NCBI GenBank assembly: GCA_038894275.1
Contig: JAWAPU010000001.1
Span: forward strand, 1 to 34,772
From: Candidatus Nanoarchaeia archaeon
GTDB lineage: Archaea > Nanobdellota > Nanobdellia > UBA10117
Direction of reading: 5' to 3'
Length of the DNA: 34,772 nucleotides
Made by a program: the position numbers and the translations under genes. Below the pieces are notes generated by a model. It made no database searches. It was given only the letters and a program-made list of their open reading frames with translations, and was not told the DNA's origin. This document shows positions 24,972 through 33,302 of this stretch, piece after piece. Within the stretch, counting starts at the first letter, position 1; every line of letters starts with the position of its first letter.

Positions 24972-25392
24972 TTTTTTCCTCCTGTTGAATATTTATTTTT
25001 TCAGTTTTATTCCATTTAATTACAACTTTACTTTGTAAAAAATTTAAAACATTAAAATGATCAACTTTATATGTTGTTTCTTTTCCACTTCCTTCTTTTT
25101 TAATTAACCCTTTTTCTTCCAATTCTTTAATTTGTTTAGAAGTAAACGATTTATCAGTATTTAACACTTTAGCCAAATCTTTATTTTTTTGTTGACCCAA
25201 AGCAATAGCCAAAATTACTTTAAGTTGATTTAACAATTTATAAGTATCTCTTTTACCAAGGAGCGTGTCCGCATCTTTTTCGAGAATTTCTTGGGCGCTT
25301 GGTTTTTTTTCTTGTTCTATTTCTATCTTTTTAATAATATCTATGGGATTTTTAGGCCTTTGATTATCTTGATTATTAGTAATAGTATTCAT
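24943..25392 (-). CDS. Winged helix-turn-helix transcriptional regulator (ArsR/MarR-like)
   Basis: LAKVLNTDKSFTSKQIKELEEKGLIKKEGSGKETTYKV matches an HTH plus wing. I prefer the ATG at 25392 to the TTG at 25395 used in the track. Confidence 0.6.
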   Translation of the reverse strand: MNTITNNQDNQRPKNPIDIIKKIEIEQEKKPSAQEILEKDADTLLGKRDTYKLLNQLKVILAIALGQQKNKDLAKVLNTDKSFTSKQIKELEEKGLIKKEGSGKETTYKVDHFNVLNFLQSKVVIKWNKTEKINIQQEEKNGRTKETNN

Positions 25393-25411
25393 CAAAAAAC
25401 AAAGAAAGAAT

Positions 25412-25527
25412 AAGGTTTTAAGGTTTTATATAAAACAAAATAATTTCAATATTAAAATTCAATATTGAATAATAAAATCTAACCATAATGTTTTTAAATT
25501 TCTTAAAATTCCTCTTTATTAGGAGGT
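25412..25527. promoter_or_regulatory. Divergent promoter/operator region between the wHTH regulator gene and the S-layer gene
   Basis: Tandem AAGGTTTT x2 (25412-25427) runs into a TATA-like TTTTATATAAAA (25424-25435). TTCAATATT (25445-25453) is repeated inside the 14-nt palindrome ATTCAATATTGAAT (25457-25470). Shine-Dalgarno AGGAGGT lies at 25521-25527. Confidence 0.35.
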
Positions 25528-25539
25528 TTAAAAAATAAA

Positions 25540-27657
25540 ATGGAAATACGAACAAAAACCGCAATACAAAAAATAGCAGCAGCAGGAATTAGCACAATAA
25601 TGGCTGCCGCGACAATAGGTTTTGCAGGAGCAGTTACTTTAGCAGACTACCCATCGCCATTTATTAAAGACGGCGCATGGAATACTTTGTTAGTGGTCGG
25701 CGGAGACGCGGCTTCTGCTGATGTAGTTGGTGCTATAGATATAGGTGCTACATTAGCACAAGTTGCAGCAGTTAAACCAGGCGTAACTGAAGTAACTGGC
25801 GGAGTCCAAGAAGAATTAGCATTAGACGATGATTTGGCAACTGTTTTTGGTGCCACTTTAGACGAAGGAGATATAAGTAATTTAATAGACTCGACAATAG
25901 AATTTGCAGACGAAGATTTAGATGTGCATGAAGAAATTGATTTAACAGGTGGTGCAGGAATAATTATTTCATCAACAGCAGACAAAGATTTAAACAAGGA
26001 CCCTGCAATAAAAATCGGAACAGGATCAATAAGCTATAAATATGTGTTTGACGATACTGTAGATTGGGATACAGGCGATACAGAAGTTACTTCCGACAAT
26101 CCATTAGTAATAGACTTTTTAGGTAAAACTTTAACAATAACAAAAGTAGATACCGCAACCAATAAAATAACTGCGCAAATCGGTAACGACTATTACTTAA
26201 ACGCGGGAGACACGGTTACAGTAGAAGGAAAAACATTAAAGCTACTTAATGTTGGAGAAAACTCAATTGTTGTCCAAGTCGGTACAGAACAAAAGATAAT
26301 ATCAAAAGGTACGACTGCAAAAGTTGGTGGATTAAGAGTTTACGCAAAAGACTTATTCACTTCGAATACGTTGTCTGAAAAAAGTGCTATTGTAGTGGCA
26401 GGTTTAGACGCGTTTAAAACATACGGAGACGGCGATGCATTTTACATCCCTTGCTCAACTCCAAAATCCGAGGATTGCGATAAAGATAATCCTGATTGGG
26501 TATGGACAATAGATATGAATAATGCAGGCACAGATCATATCGGCATTGTAATAGATACAACATGGGATGATGCAGAAGATCCTGTTTTAAAAGTTGGCGA
26601 CACCTTGTATTTGCCAGAAAACTACATTTGGGCGAAGTTTGACAAGTTAGCGACAACAAACTTTAACAAATATACAATAGAATATAAAACAGGCGTGGAT
26701 TTGGATCCTCCTCTCTCTGGTAAAACTAGTGAAGCTATATTTATTATTAGAGGCCCAACAGACAAATCTTTACAAACCGAAAGCGGAAAGAAGACAAATA
26801 CTATTTACTTGTACTTCGATGGAACAGACTATTACTTATTATACAAAGACAAAGACGGCATCCAAAAAGAATGGGATAGCAGTGGAGGGGACACAGATAT
26901 AACCTTTAAGTTTGTAAATGGCGACTCCGAAATTAACGCAAAGTGGGATGTAAGCGGGTCTCCAGACGATACTTTATCTATAGATGTTGACGGCGACAGC
27001 TCTTTAAAATTAAAATTAGACATAGAAGACGATGGTAGTGCTTTAGTAGGATTAGGTAATCCTGAAGATGCAGAATCCGCTGATGTAGTTTACGGCACAA
27101 CTGAATTAGGTGAGCGCAGCAACGATGTGTTGTTCCTTTGGGGCAACTACATAACAAATGTAAAAGCTGGCACAGAAAAAGATACAGTTACTTTGTACGT
27201 GCCAGATAAACAACAAAAAGCATTTGTAACAATTGGCAGCGTTGGAACAAAAGTAGTAACAACAGGCGGAACTCCAAGTGTAAGTGGAGTGCCAATAGCA
27301 AAATTAGACACATCAATCAGTGATCCAAAAGCTACCAACTTAATACTAGTCGGTGGACCTGCAGTTAACAGACTAACCGCAAGAGCACTTGATTTAACTT
27401 ACCCAACATATGGAACAGAAGCTGGCGCTGCATTAGGCATAACCGAAGGTCAAGGAACAATTAAATTAATAGAAAATGCCTTTGGTGGCTCGAATGTAGC
27501 ATTAATTGTAGCTGGTTGGGAAGCTGCAGAAACACAAGCAGCATCTACTGTGTTGAAAGACTACACAACCTACAAAGAGAAATTAACTGGCAAGCAGGTT
27601 ATTGTTAGTGGAACAACTGCTCCATACACAGTAACCGCACCAACAGTTAGCGCCTAA
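25540..27657 (+). CDS. Putative S-layer / major surface protein
   Basis: Signal-anchor IAAAGISTIMAAATIGFAGAVTLA. LADYPSPFIKDGAWNTLLVVGGDAASADVVGAIDIGATLA and the C-terminal NLILVGGPAVNRLTA resemble methanococcal-type S-layer proteins. Composition is rich in T/D/G/V/A. There is a strong Shine-Dalgarno and a hairpin terminator. Confidence 0.75.
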   Translation: MEIRTKTAIQKIAAAGISTIMAAATIGFAGAVTLADYPSPFIKDGAWNTLLVVGGDAASADVVGAIDIGATLAQVAAVKPGVTEVTGGVQEELALDDDLATVFGATLDEGDISNLIDSTIEFADEDLDVHEEIDLTGGAGIIISSTADKDLNKDPAIKIGTGSISYKYVFDDTVDWDTGDTEVTSDNPLVIDFLGKTLTITKVDTATNKITAQIGNDYYLNAGDTVTVEGKTLKLLNVGENSIVVQVGTEQKIISKGTTAKVGGLRVYAKDLFTSNTLSEKSAIVVAGLDAFKTYGDGDAFYIPCSTPKSEDCDKDNPDWVWTIDMNNAGTDHIGIVIDTTWDDAEDPVLKVGDTLYLPENYIWAKFDKLATTNFNKYTIEYKTGVDLDPPLSGKTSEAIFIIRGPTDKSLQTESGKKTNTIYLYFDGTDYYLLYKDKDGIQKEWDSSGGDTDITFKFVNGDSEINAKWDVSGSPDDTLSIDVDGDSSLKLKLDIEDDGSALVGLGNPEDAESADVVYGTTELGERSNDVLFLWGNYITNVKAGTEKDTVTLYVPDKQQKAFVTIGSVGTKVVTTGGTPSVSGVPIAKLDTSISDPKATNLILVGGPAVNRLTARALDLTYPTYGTEAGAALGITEGQGTIKLIENAFGGSNVALIVAGWEAAETQAASTVLKDYTTYKEKLTGKQVIVSGTTAPYTVTAPTVSA

Positions 27658-27676
27658 AGGCGCTTTTTTTCTTTTT
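27649..27676 (+). terminator. Hairpin plus T-tract terminator of the S-layer gene
   Basis: AGCGCC-TAAA-GGCGCT (27649-27664), with the stop codon in the loop, followed by TTTTTTTCTTTTT. Confidence 0.5.
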
Positions 27677-27719
27677 AATTTTTCAAAAGTTTTAAAAATA
27701 AATAAATTTAGCTCAATTT

Positions 27720-28355
27720 ATGGAAGATGCACCAATAACCACTACTAAAACTAAAAAAGGATTTTGGGCGAAAATATTTGCAATTTTAACAATTATTTTT
27801 ATGGCAGGATGGGCTTTAGCACTTTATGCTGAAAGAGAAGAAAATCAAAGTGGAGAAAAAATACAACTTGCAGGCCATACTTTCTATAGACTTAAAGATG
27901 GCACCTATGCCACAATAATCAATATAAATAATGAAAATAAGCCCATTGCGTTTTATTTAGATCCGCGAGAAGCAAGCGGAATTTTTGTTTCTGCGGAAGC
28001 GAAAAATCTTTTAAAAAGCAATAAAGTATATATAACTTTTAATCCGAATCAACAAAATTTAAGCTATTTTGGAATCGCAGGGGCTCAAATTTCTAGAATA
28101 TTTGCTCTTTATAACATTCCTGTTGTTGGAGCATATACTGAGGATACAAATCCTATAGATCCGAATGTTCCAATTAAAACTTGTGAAGACGCTAATAATT
28201 TAACAGCAGTTATTGAATTAAAGATTGGAAATTCCACAGAAATTATGAGAGATGAACAATTTTTAAATTGCTATTATGTAATGGGAAAAAATGAAACAGA
28301 TTTAATTTATGCAGCAGATCGTTTAGGTTATTTGTTATTGGGTATAAATTTATAA
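27720..28355 (+). CDS. Hypothetical single-pass membrane protein with a large extracytoplasmic domain
   Basis: N-terminal TM helix IFAILTIIFMAGWALALYA followed by about 165 aa with no family motif I recognise. It ends 2 nt before the GT2 gene. Confidence 0.55.
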   Translation: MEDAPITTTKTKKGFWAKIFAILTIIFMAGWALALYAEREENQSGEKIQLAGHTFYRLKDGTYATIININNENKPIAFYLDPREASGIFVSAEAKNLLKSNKVYITFNPNQQNLSYFGIAGAQISRIFALYNIPVVGAYTEDTNPIDPNVPIKTCEDANNLTAVIELKIGNSTEIMRDEQFLNCYYVMGKNETDLIYAADRLGYLLLGINL

Positions 28356-28357
28356 AA

Positions 28358-29578
28358 ATGGAAATAATTACTGCAATTTATTTTATTTTTCTTGCAATTT
28401 CTATTTACTTCATTAATCTTTTCTTACTCTTACATTTCGAAAAACCGATTAAAAATAAACTCCAAGAAAAGAAATTACCAAAAATTTCGGTTATAATTCC
28501 AGCACATAATAAAGAAAATTATATAGCAAAATCAATCGAAAGCGTTCTTAATTCAAATTATCCTAAAAATAAATTAGAGATAATTGTTGTAGATGATGGG
28601 AGCACAGACAAAACATTTGAAATAATTTCTAAATACGCTTCAAAACATTCAAAATATATTAAACCAATTCGTAGAGAAAAAGCGAGTGGAAGGGCTGCAA
28701 TTCCAAAGAATGAGGGCGCAAAAATTGCTAGCGGAGATATCTTGGTGTTTTTAGATGGAGATTCTGTTGTTGAAAAAAACGCGTTAAAAAATTTAATGGC
28801 TTATTTTGATAATCCTATTGTTGGGGGCGTTACTGGGTTTGTTGGAGTTTTAATAGAAAAAAATAAGTTTATAGAAAGCATCCAAAAAATAGAGTATGCT
28901 TTTATTGCTTGGACTAGAGCTTTAATGGACCAATTTAATGGAGTTTACGTTCTGCCGGGTGGGTTAAGCGCTATTCGAAAAGACGTATTTTTCAAAATAG
29001 GAGGCTACGACCCAAATAATTTAACAGAAGATATAGAACTAGCTTGGAAAATTTGCGCGCATAATTACATTAATAAGATGGCGTTTAATGCTAGAGCATA
29101 CACTTATGTACCACAAACATTTAAAGAATGGTGGCACCAAAGAGTTCGCTGGGATATAGGCGGAGTGCAAACCCTTTTAAAATATTTTAAATATGTAAAG
29201 GGTAATGGTGTTTTAGGAAGGTGGATCATACCCTTTTTTTTCGCCTCTATGCTAATAAGTTTAGCAGGTTTTTTTGTTTTTTTAAGCTTGATTTCTTTTT
29301 TTCTCTATAACAAAATAAGTGTCCTTTTAGGTTTAGCCGCGGCAAAAGTACCTTTATTCCAGATTAGTAATTTATATTATTATCCTTCTGTTATGACTTT
29401 TTTTGGCATTTTACTTTTAATTCTTTCATTAGCATTCTATTATTACGGAATAAAACAAACAGATACCAAATCAGTATTTTTAAAACACGCATTTTATTTA
29501 TTCGTTTATCTATGCATATTTCCAGTAGTATTAATAGACGCTTTGTTTAAAATGGCAAGAGGTTATTGGAAATGGTAA
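28358..29578 (+). CDS. Processive family-2 glycosyltransferase (NodC / PgaC-IcaA / cellulose- or chitin-synthase-like), integral membrane
   Basis: N-terminal TM helix. GT-A motifs VVDDGS (DD at 28592-28597), DGD (28754-28762), TED (29024-29032) and QRVRW (29138-29152). Three to four C-terminal TM helices. Confidence 0.88.
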   Translation: MEIITAIYFIFLAISIYFINLFLLLHFEKPIKNKLQEKKLPKISVIIPAHNKENYIAKSIESVLNSNYPKNKLEIIVVDDGSTDKTFEIISKYASKHSKYIKPIRREKASGRAAIPKNEGAKIASGDILVFLDGDSVVEKNALKNLMAYFDNPIVGGVTGFVGVLIEKNKFIESIQKIEYAFIAWTRALMDQFNGVYVLPGGLSAIRKDVFFKIGGYDPNNLTEDIELAWKICAHNYINKMAFNARAYTYVPQTFKEWWHQRVRWDIGGVQTLLKYFKYVKGNGVLGRWIIPFFFASMLISLAGFFVFLSLISFFLYNKISVLLGLAAAKVPLFQISNLYYYPSVMTFFGILLLILSLAFYYYGIKQTDTKSVFLKHAFYLFVYLCIFPVVLIDALFKMARGYWKW

Positions 29579-30213
29579 ACGTTTTTTTAAAAGCAACAAT
29601 TTTAACTATAATTATTTTTTCCATAGGAGTTTTTTTTGGCTACGTGCTTGAAAGCAGCAGAACATATGCCATAGCAGAAAAATATATCGATTCTGAAATA
29701 AGTTGGAATGATGCCAGATTATTAAGCGACCTGTTTTATCAAAACGAAACCGATTTTTGCAAAAAGGCAATAGTAACCAATTTGCAATTTGCAGATAAAA
29801 TTTACGAAGAAGGAAAAATTCTAGAACAATACGAAGAAGCAAATAAATTAACAAGTCAACTTTTGAAGCAGAAGAAAAAATATGCTTTGCTCCAAACGCA
29901 ATTCTTATTGAATTCGATTCGCTTAAAACAACAGTGTGACGCATCGTATAATATTATAATATATTTTTATGCCCAATATGCAGATATGCAAACGAAAAAC
30001 AAACAAAATGTTATTTCTAATTTGTTATTGACAGTTAAAGAGCAAAAAGGTTTTGAGGTTATGTTGATACCTTTGCCTGTTGATTTAGATTTAGATTCTG
30101 TAACTTTACTAAAAGAAAAATATGGTATTGACGAGACGCCTGCGATTGTTATAAATGAAAAAGTTTACAAAGGAAATTTAACTTTGCCTGAAATTTCCAA
30201 GGAATTGAAGTAG
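29572..30213 (+). CDS. Hypothetical single-pass membrane protein with an extracytoplasmic domain
   Basis: MVNVFLKATILTIIIFSIGVFFGYVL is an N-terminal TM helix. The ATG at 29572 overlaps the GT2 stop (ATGGTAA). The track start at 29566 is a TTG. The 3' end overlaps truD convergently by 36 nt. Confidence 0.55.
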   Translation: MVNVFLKATILTIIIFSIGVFFGYVLESSRTYAIAEKYIDSEISWNDARLLSDLFYQNETDFCKKAIVTNLQFADKIYEEGKILEQYEEANKLTSQLLKQKKKYALLQTQFLLNSIRLKQQCDASYNIIIYFYAQYADMQTKNKQNVISNLLLTVKEQKGFEVMLIPLPVDLDLDSVTLLKEKYGIDETPAIVINEKVYKGNLTLPEISKELK

Positions 30214-31263
30214 GGTAGTAGCATAACTTCCTTTTGGAAGTTTGAAAGAAATTTTTAGTTTGTATTTATTTTTATTAAGGTCGTCTTTGCCCATCTCTAA
30301 AATCTTTAAATTTTTAGGTTTAACTATCGCTTTTCTTAATACTCCTTTAACTGCTAATTCGGGCATTTTTTTACATTTAAAATCTTCTAAAGTAAGCTTA
30401 TCTTTTTTTAATAATTTAAAAATCTCTTTAGAAAATTTATCATTCTTTAATTTTACTTTGTATCCCGGCAAATAATATTTTTCTCTCGGCTTTTTTATTT
30501 CTCTAAGTGCAAGGTTCCAAATCTTTGATTGATATGCGTGTACGTAAAGTTTTCTAATATGTTTTGGAAACACTCTAAGCGCACCAGCAAAATCGTTTGG
30601 GCTTTTGACCAATTTTTCTAATATCAATTTTTCTAATTTCAAACCTCTGGGTATTTTTTCTAAAAGTAATCGCCACTTCTTCCAATTTTCTTTAGCAAAT
30701 TTTCTAAAATTTTTTTTATCAGTGCTTTCATTTTCAGAAACAAAACAAATTATTTCTTTAACCGCCCTTTCCAAATTTCCTTTTAAAATTTCTTTTCCGA
30801 TTTTAGCAGTGTTTCCCCTTCCAAACCTTTGGAAGCCGAAATAATTTTTAAATCCGTTTTTTATTTTTTCTAGCTTTTTTTTAATTTCTTGAATTTCTTT
30901 TTTCTTCAAATTTCTAAGGGTTATTGTAAATTTATTTCCATTTAAAGAACCTATGGAAATAGGTTTATTTCCATACCCTATAAATTCCAATTTTATGTCT
31001 TTAATTTTTAAATTTAACAATTTTTTAGGCTCTATTTTAAAAACCGAAATTGCTTGTTTTGTTACGGCTTTTTTATCTTTTGAACCCGCAAATTTAAATC
31101 TTCTGTACTTTATTTTGCTTCTTTTAGAAATTTCAGAAATAGCCCCTTCCGTTGTCCAATTTTTTTTAATTAGCCAAAAATAACTTTGATTTCCATTTTT
31201 TTCGATTGGTATATTTATAATTTCTTCAACTAAAAAATCTTCAGGAATTTGTTTTATTTTCAT
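30178..31263 (-). CDS. truD: tRNA pseudouridine synthase TruD/Pus7 family
   Basis: N-terminal PEDFLVEE and the catalytic block FKFAGSKDKKAVTKQ (GxKDxxA), with downstream NYFGFQRFG. Confidence 0.85.
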   Translation of the reverse strand: MKIKQIPEDFLVEEIINIPIEKNGNQSYFWLIKKNWTTEGAISEISKRSKIKYRRFKFAGSKDKKAVTKQAISVFKIEPKKLLNLKIKDIKLEFIGYGNKPISIGSLNGNKFTITLRNLKKKEIQEIKKKLEKIKNGFKNYFGFQRFGRGNTAKIGKEILKGNLERAVKEIICFVSENESTDKKNFRKFAKENWKKWRLLLEKIPRGLKLEKLILEKLVKSPNDFAGALRVFPKHIRKLYVHAYQSKIWNLALREIKKPREKYYLPGYKVKLKNDKFSKEIFKLLKKDKLTLEDFKCKKMPELAVKGVLRKAIVKPKNLKILEMGKDDLNKNKYKLKISFKLPKGSYATTLLQFLGNFRQS

Positions 31264-31843
31264 TTCGGTACTTATAAATCCAATAAATTAAAAATAAAAA
31301 GATTCCAATTAAAATTGCATATTTTAAATTTTTTATAAGTTTGAAGATTAAATCCCAAGTTGGTCCAAGTACAAACCCGAAATATATGAATGCAAGAGTC
31401 CAAGGCAAAGATCCACCAAAACTATAAATTAAAAATTTCCAAAAAGACATTTTCATCACACCTGCCGGAAGTGCTATGATTGTTCTGATTACTGGCAATA
31501 GTTTCCCAAAAAAGACGCTTAAATGCCCATAATTTTGAAACCATCTTTCTATTTTTTCAAAGCGCTTTTTAGACACTAAAAAATATTTTCCGTATTTTAA
31601 TACAAATACCCTGCCACCATAAAATCCGAGAAAATATGCTAAAATTGAACCAAAAATTTGGCCAAAAAGAGCGATTAAAAAAGCAAGCCAGAAATTCATC
31701 ACTCCTTTATAGACTAAATATCCAGCGAAAGGAAGTATTACTTCAGAAGGGATCGGAAGCAAGCAAGATTCTCCAGCAGATAATAAAAATAGACCTAAAT
31801 ATCCAATTCTTTCTATTATGCTTATAATTACTGTTACATCCAC
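31241..31843 (-). CDS. DedA / SNARE-associated family membrane protein
   Basis: GYLGLFLLSAGESCLLPIPSEVILPFAGYLV and GKLLPVIRTIIALPAG are typical DedA blocks. The apparent start is GTG. It overlaps the truD start by 23 nt. Confidence 0.82.
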   Translation of the reverse strand: MDVTVIISIIERIGYLGLFLLSAGESCLLPIPSEVILPFAGYLVYKGVMNFWLAFLIALFGQIFGSILAYFLGFYGGRVFVLKYGKYFLVSKKRFEKIERWFQNYGHLSVFFGKLLPVIRTIIALPAGVMKMSFWKFLIYSFGGSLPWTLAFIYFGFVLGPTWDLIFKLIKNLKYAILIGIFLFLIYWIYKYRNENKTNS

Positions 31844-31884
31844 AATAGCAAACTTTTTATATTTATTTTAAAGCTTTTGATAAA

Positions 31885-32040
31885 ATGCAAATCTGTATAT
31901 CTTGCAAAAAAGAAGCAACTAATGATAAAAGCAAGGTTAGATTTCCTTGCCCACAATGCAATGCAGAAATAATAAGGTGTGGAGAGTGTAAAAAGAAAGT
32001 TGTCAAATATAAATGTGCTTGTGGTTTTGAGGGACCTTAA
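31885..32040 (+). CDS. Small Zn-ribbon protein (four CxxC pairs), absent from the supplied ORF track
   Basis: MQICISCKKEATNDKSKVRFPCPQCNAEIIRCGECKKKVVKYKCACGFEGP (51 aa). Its stop is immediately followed by the EF-1beta ATG. Small Zn-ribbon genes upstream of aEF-1beta are a conserved archaeal arrangement. Confidence 0.7.
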   Translation: MQICISCKKEATNDKSKVRFPCPQCNAEIIRCGECKKKVVKYKCACGFEGP

Positions 32041-32316
32041 ATGGCAGACATACTAATAAAATTAAAAGTAATGCCCGCTGGCGTGGATATTAATTTAGAA
32101 AATTTACAAAAAACAATAGAAGCAAAAATAAAACCGAATGCAAAATTAATTCATTCAATTTCTAAAGAACCTGTCGCATTTGGACTGGTTTCCCTAGTAT
32201 TTACATTTTTGGCAGATGAAAATAAAATAAATTTAGAAAATTTGGAAAATAATATCAGGTCTTTACCAGAAATTCAATCTGTTGAAGTTATAGATGTTAG
32301 ACGTGCAGTAGGCTGA
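32041..32316 (+). CDS. Archaeal translation elongation factor 1-beta (aEF-1beta)
   Basis: 91 aa. MADILIKLKVMPAGVDINLE...EPVAFGLVSLVF...EIQSVEVIDVRRA matches the aEF-1beta pattern. Confidence 0.88.
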   Translation: MADILIKLKVMPAGVDINLENLQKTIEAKIKPNAKLIHSISKEPVAFGLVSLVFTFLADENKINLENLENNIRSLPEIQSVEVIDVRRAVG

Positions 32317-33302
32317 TGGGCGTCGATTTAAGACCTATTTTATTAAGACATGAAATTACTTTAGAAAATCTCTCTGGCAAAGTTTTAGCTATAGACGCTT
32401 TTAATCAATTGTATATGTATCTAGCAGTTATAAGACAATCGGATGGGGCTCCTTTAACAGATTCTAAAGGAAATATAACGTCGCATCTTTCTGGTTTATT
32501 TTATAGAACGCTAAATTTATTAGAAGTGAATATTAAGCCTGTTTTTGTGTTTGATGGTAAAGCACCAGAAGAAAAATTTGCCATCCAAAAAGAAAGAGCA
32601 GAATTAAGAGAAAAAGCACAGAAAAAATACGAAGAAGCACTTGCCGAAGAAAAATTAGAAGAAGCAAGAAAATACGCTCAACAGGCCGTTTTTCTTAATA
32701 AAGATGTAATAGTTGAATGTAAAGAGCTTCTTTCTGCAATGGGCTTGCCATGGGTGCAGGCGCCTGCCGAAGGTGAAGCCCAAGCTGCAGCAATGGCTCT
32801 AAAGGGCGATGTTTGGGGCGTAGTTTCACAAGATTATGACAGCTTGCTTTTTGGCACACCAAGATTGATTCGGAATTTAACAATCTCTGGAAAAAGACGA
32901 TTTAATTCAAAAATAATCGAAATTAAACCAGAGCTGATAGATTTGGCAGAATGTTTAAATTATTTAGGTATTGACATTGAAAAATTAATAGAAATAGGGC
33001 TTTTGATTGGTACAGATTATAATGCAGGGATACCGGGGATTGGACCAAAAACAGCACTAAAAATTGTCCGCGAAAATAAATTTAATGAATATCTGCCCAA
33101 TGCAGAGCGCCTGAAAAATTTGTTTTTAAAACCTCTCGTTTCTTTGGATTATTCATTGGATTGGAAAAAACCGAATAAAGAAAAAATAAAAGAAATTTTA
33201 GTAGACACGCACGATTTTTCTTTAGAAAGAGTGGAAGCGGCGATAAAAAGATTAAACGAATTAGAGAAACCAAAACAAACTGGCTTAGATGCTTTTGTAT
33301 AG
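32316..33302 (+). CDS. fen: Flap endonuclease 1 (FEN1)
   Basis: MGVDL...LAIDAFNQLYMYL, VFVFDGKAPEEK, APAEGEAQAA, GTDYN..IPGIGPKTALK and a C-terminal PIP box QTGLDAFV. The start overlaps the EF-1beta stop (TGATG). Confidence 0.93.
   Translation: MGVDLRPILLRHEITLENLSGKVLAIDAFNQLYMYLAVIRQSDGAPLTDSKGNITSHLSGLFYRTLNLLEVNIKPVFVFDGKAPEEKFAIQKERAELREKAQKKYEEALAEEKLEEARKYAQQAVFLNKDVIVECKELLSAMGLPWVQAPAEGEAQAAAMALKGDVWGVVSQDYDSLLFGTPRLIRNLTISGKRRFNSKIIEIKPELIDLAECLNYLGIDIEKLIEIGLLIGTDYNAGIPGIGPKTALKIVRENKFNEYLPNAERLKNLFLKPLVSLDYSLDWKKPNKEKIKEILVDTHDFSLERVEAAIKRLNELEKPKQTGLDAFV

Noticed and set aside
21148-25395. Genomic island integrated at the tRNA-Val/tRNA-Leu pair
   Set aside because: No integrase gene. 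I could not find a downstream direct repeat of either tRNA's 3' end. The GGTTCAAATCC-type strings elsewhere are just the T-loops of the other tRNA genes.
25540-27657. Visibly higher GC of the S-layer gene as a sign of horizontal transfer
   Set aside because: The shift is explained by its Gly/Ala/Thr/Asp/Val-rich composition, and probably by high-expression codon choice. Its flanks (promoter, Shine-Dalgarno, terminator) look native.
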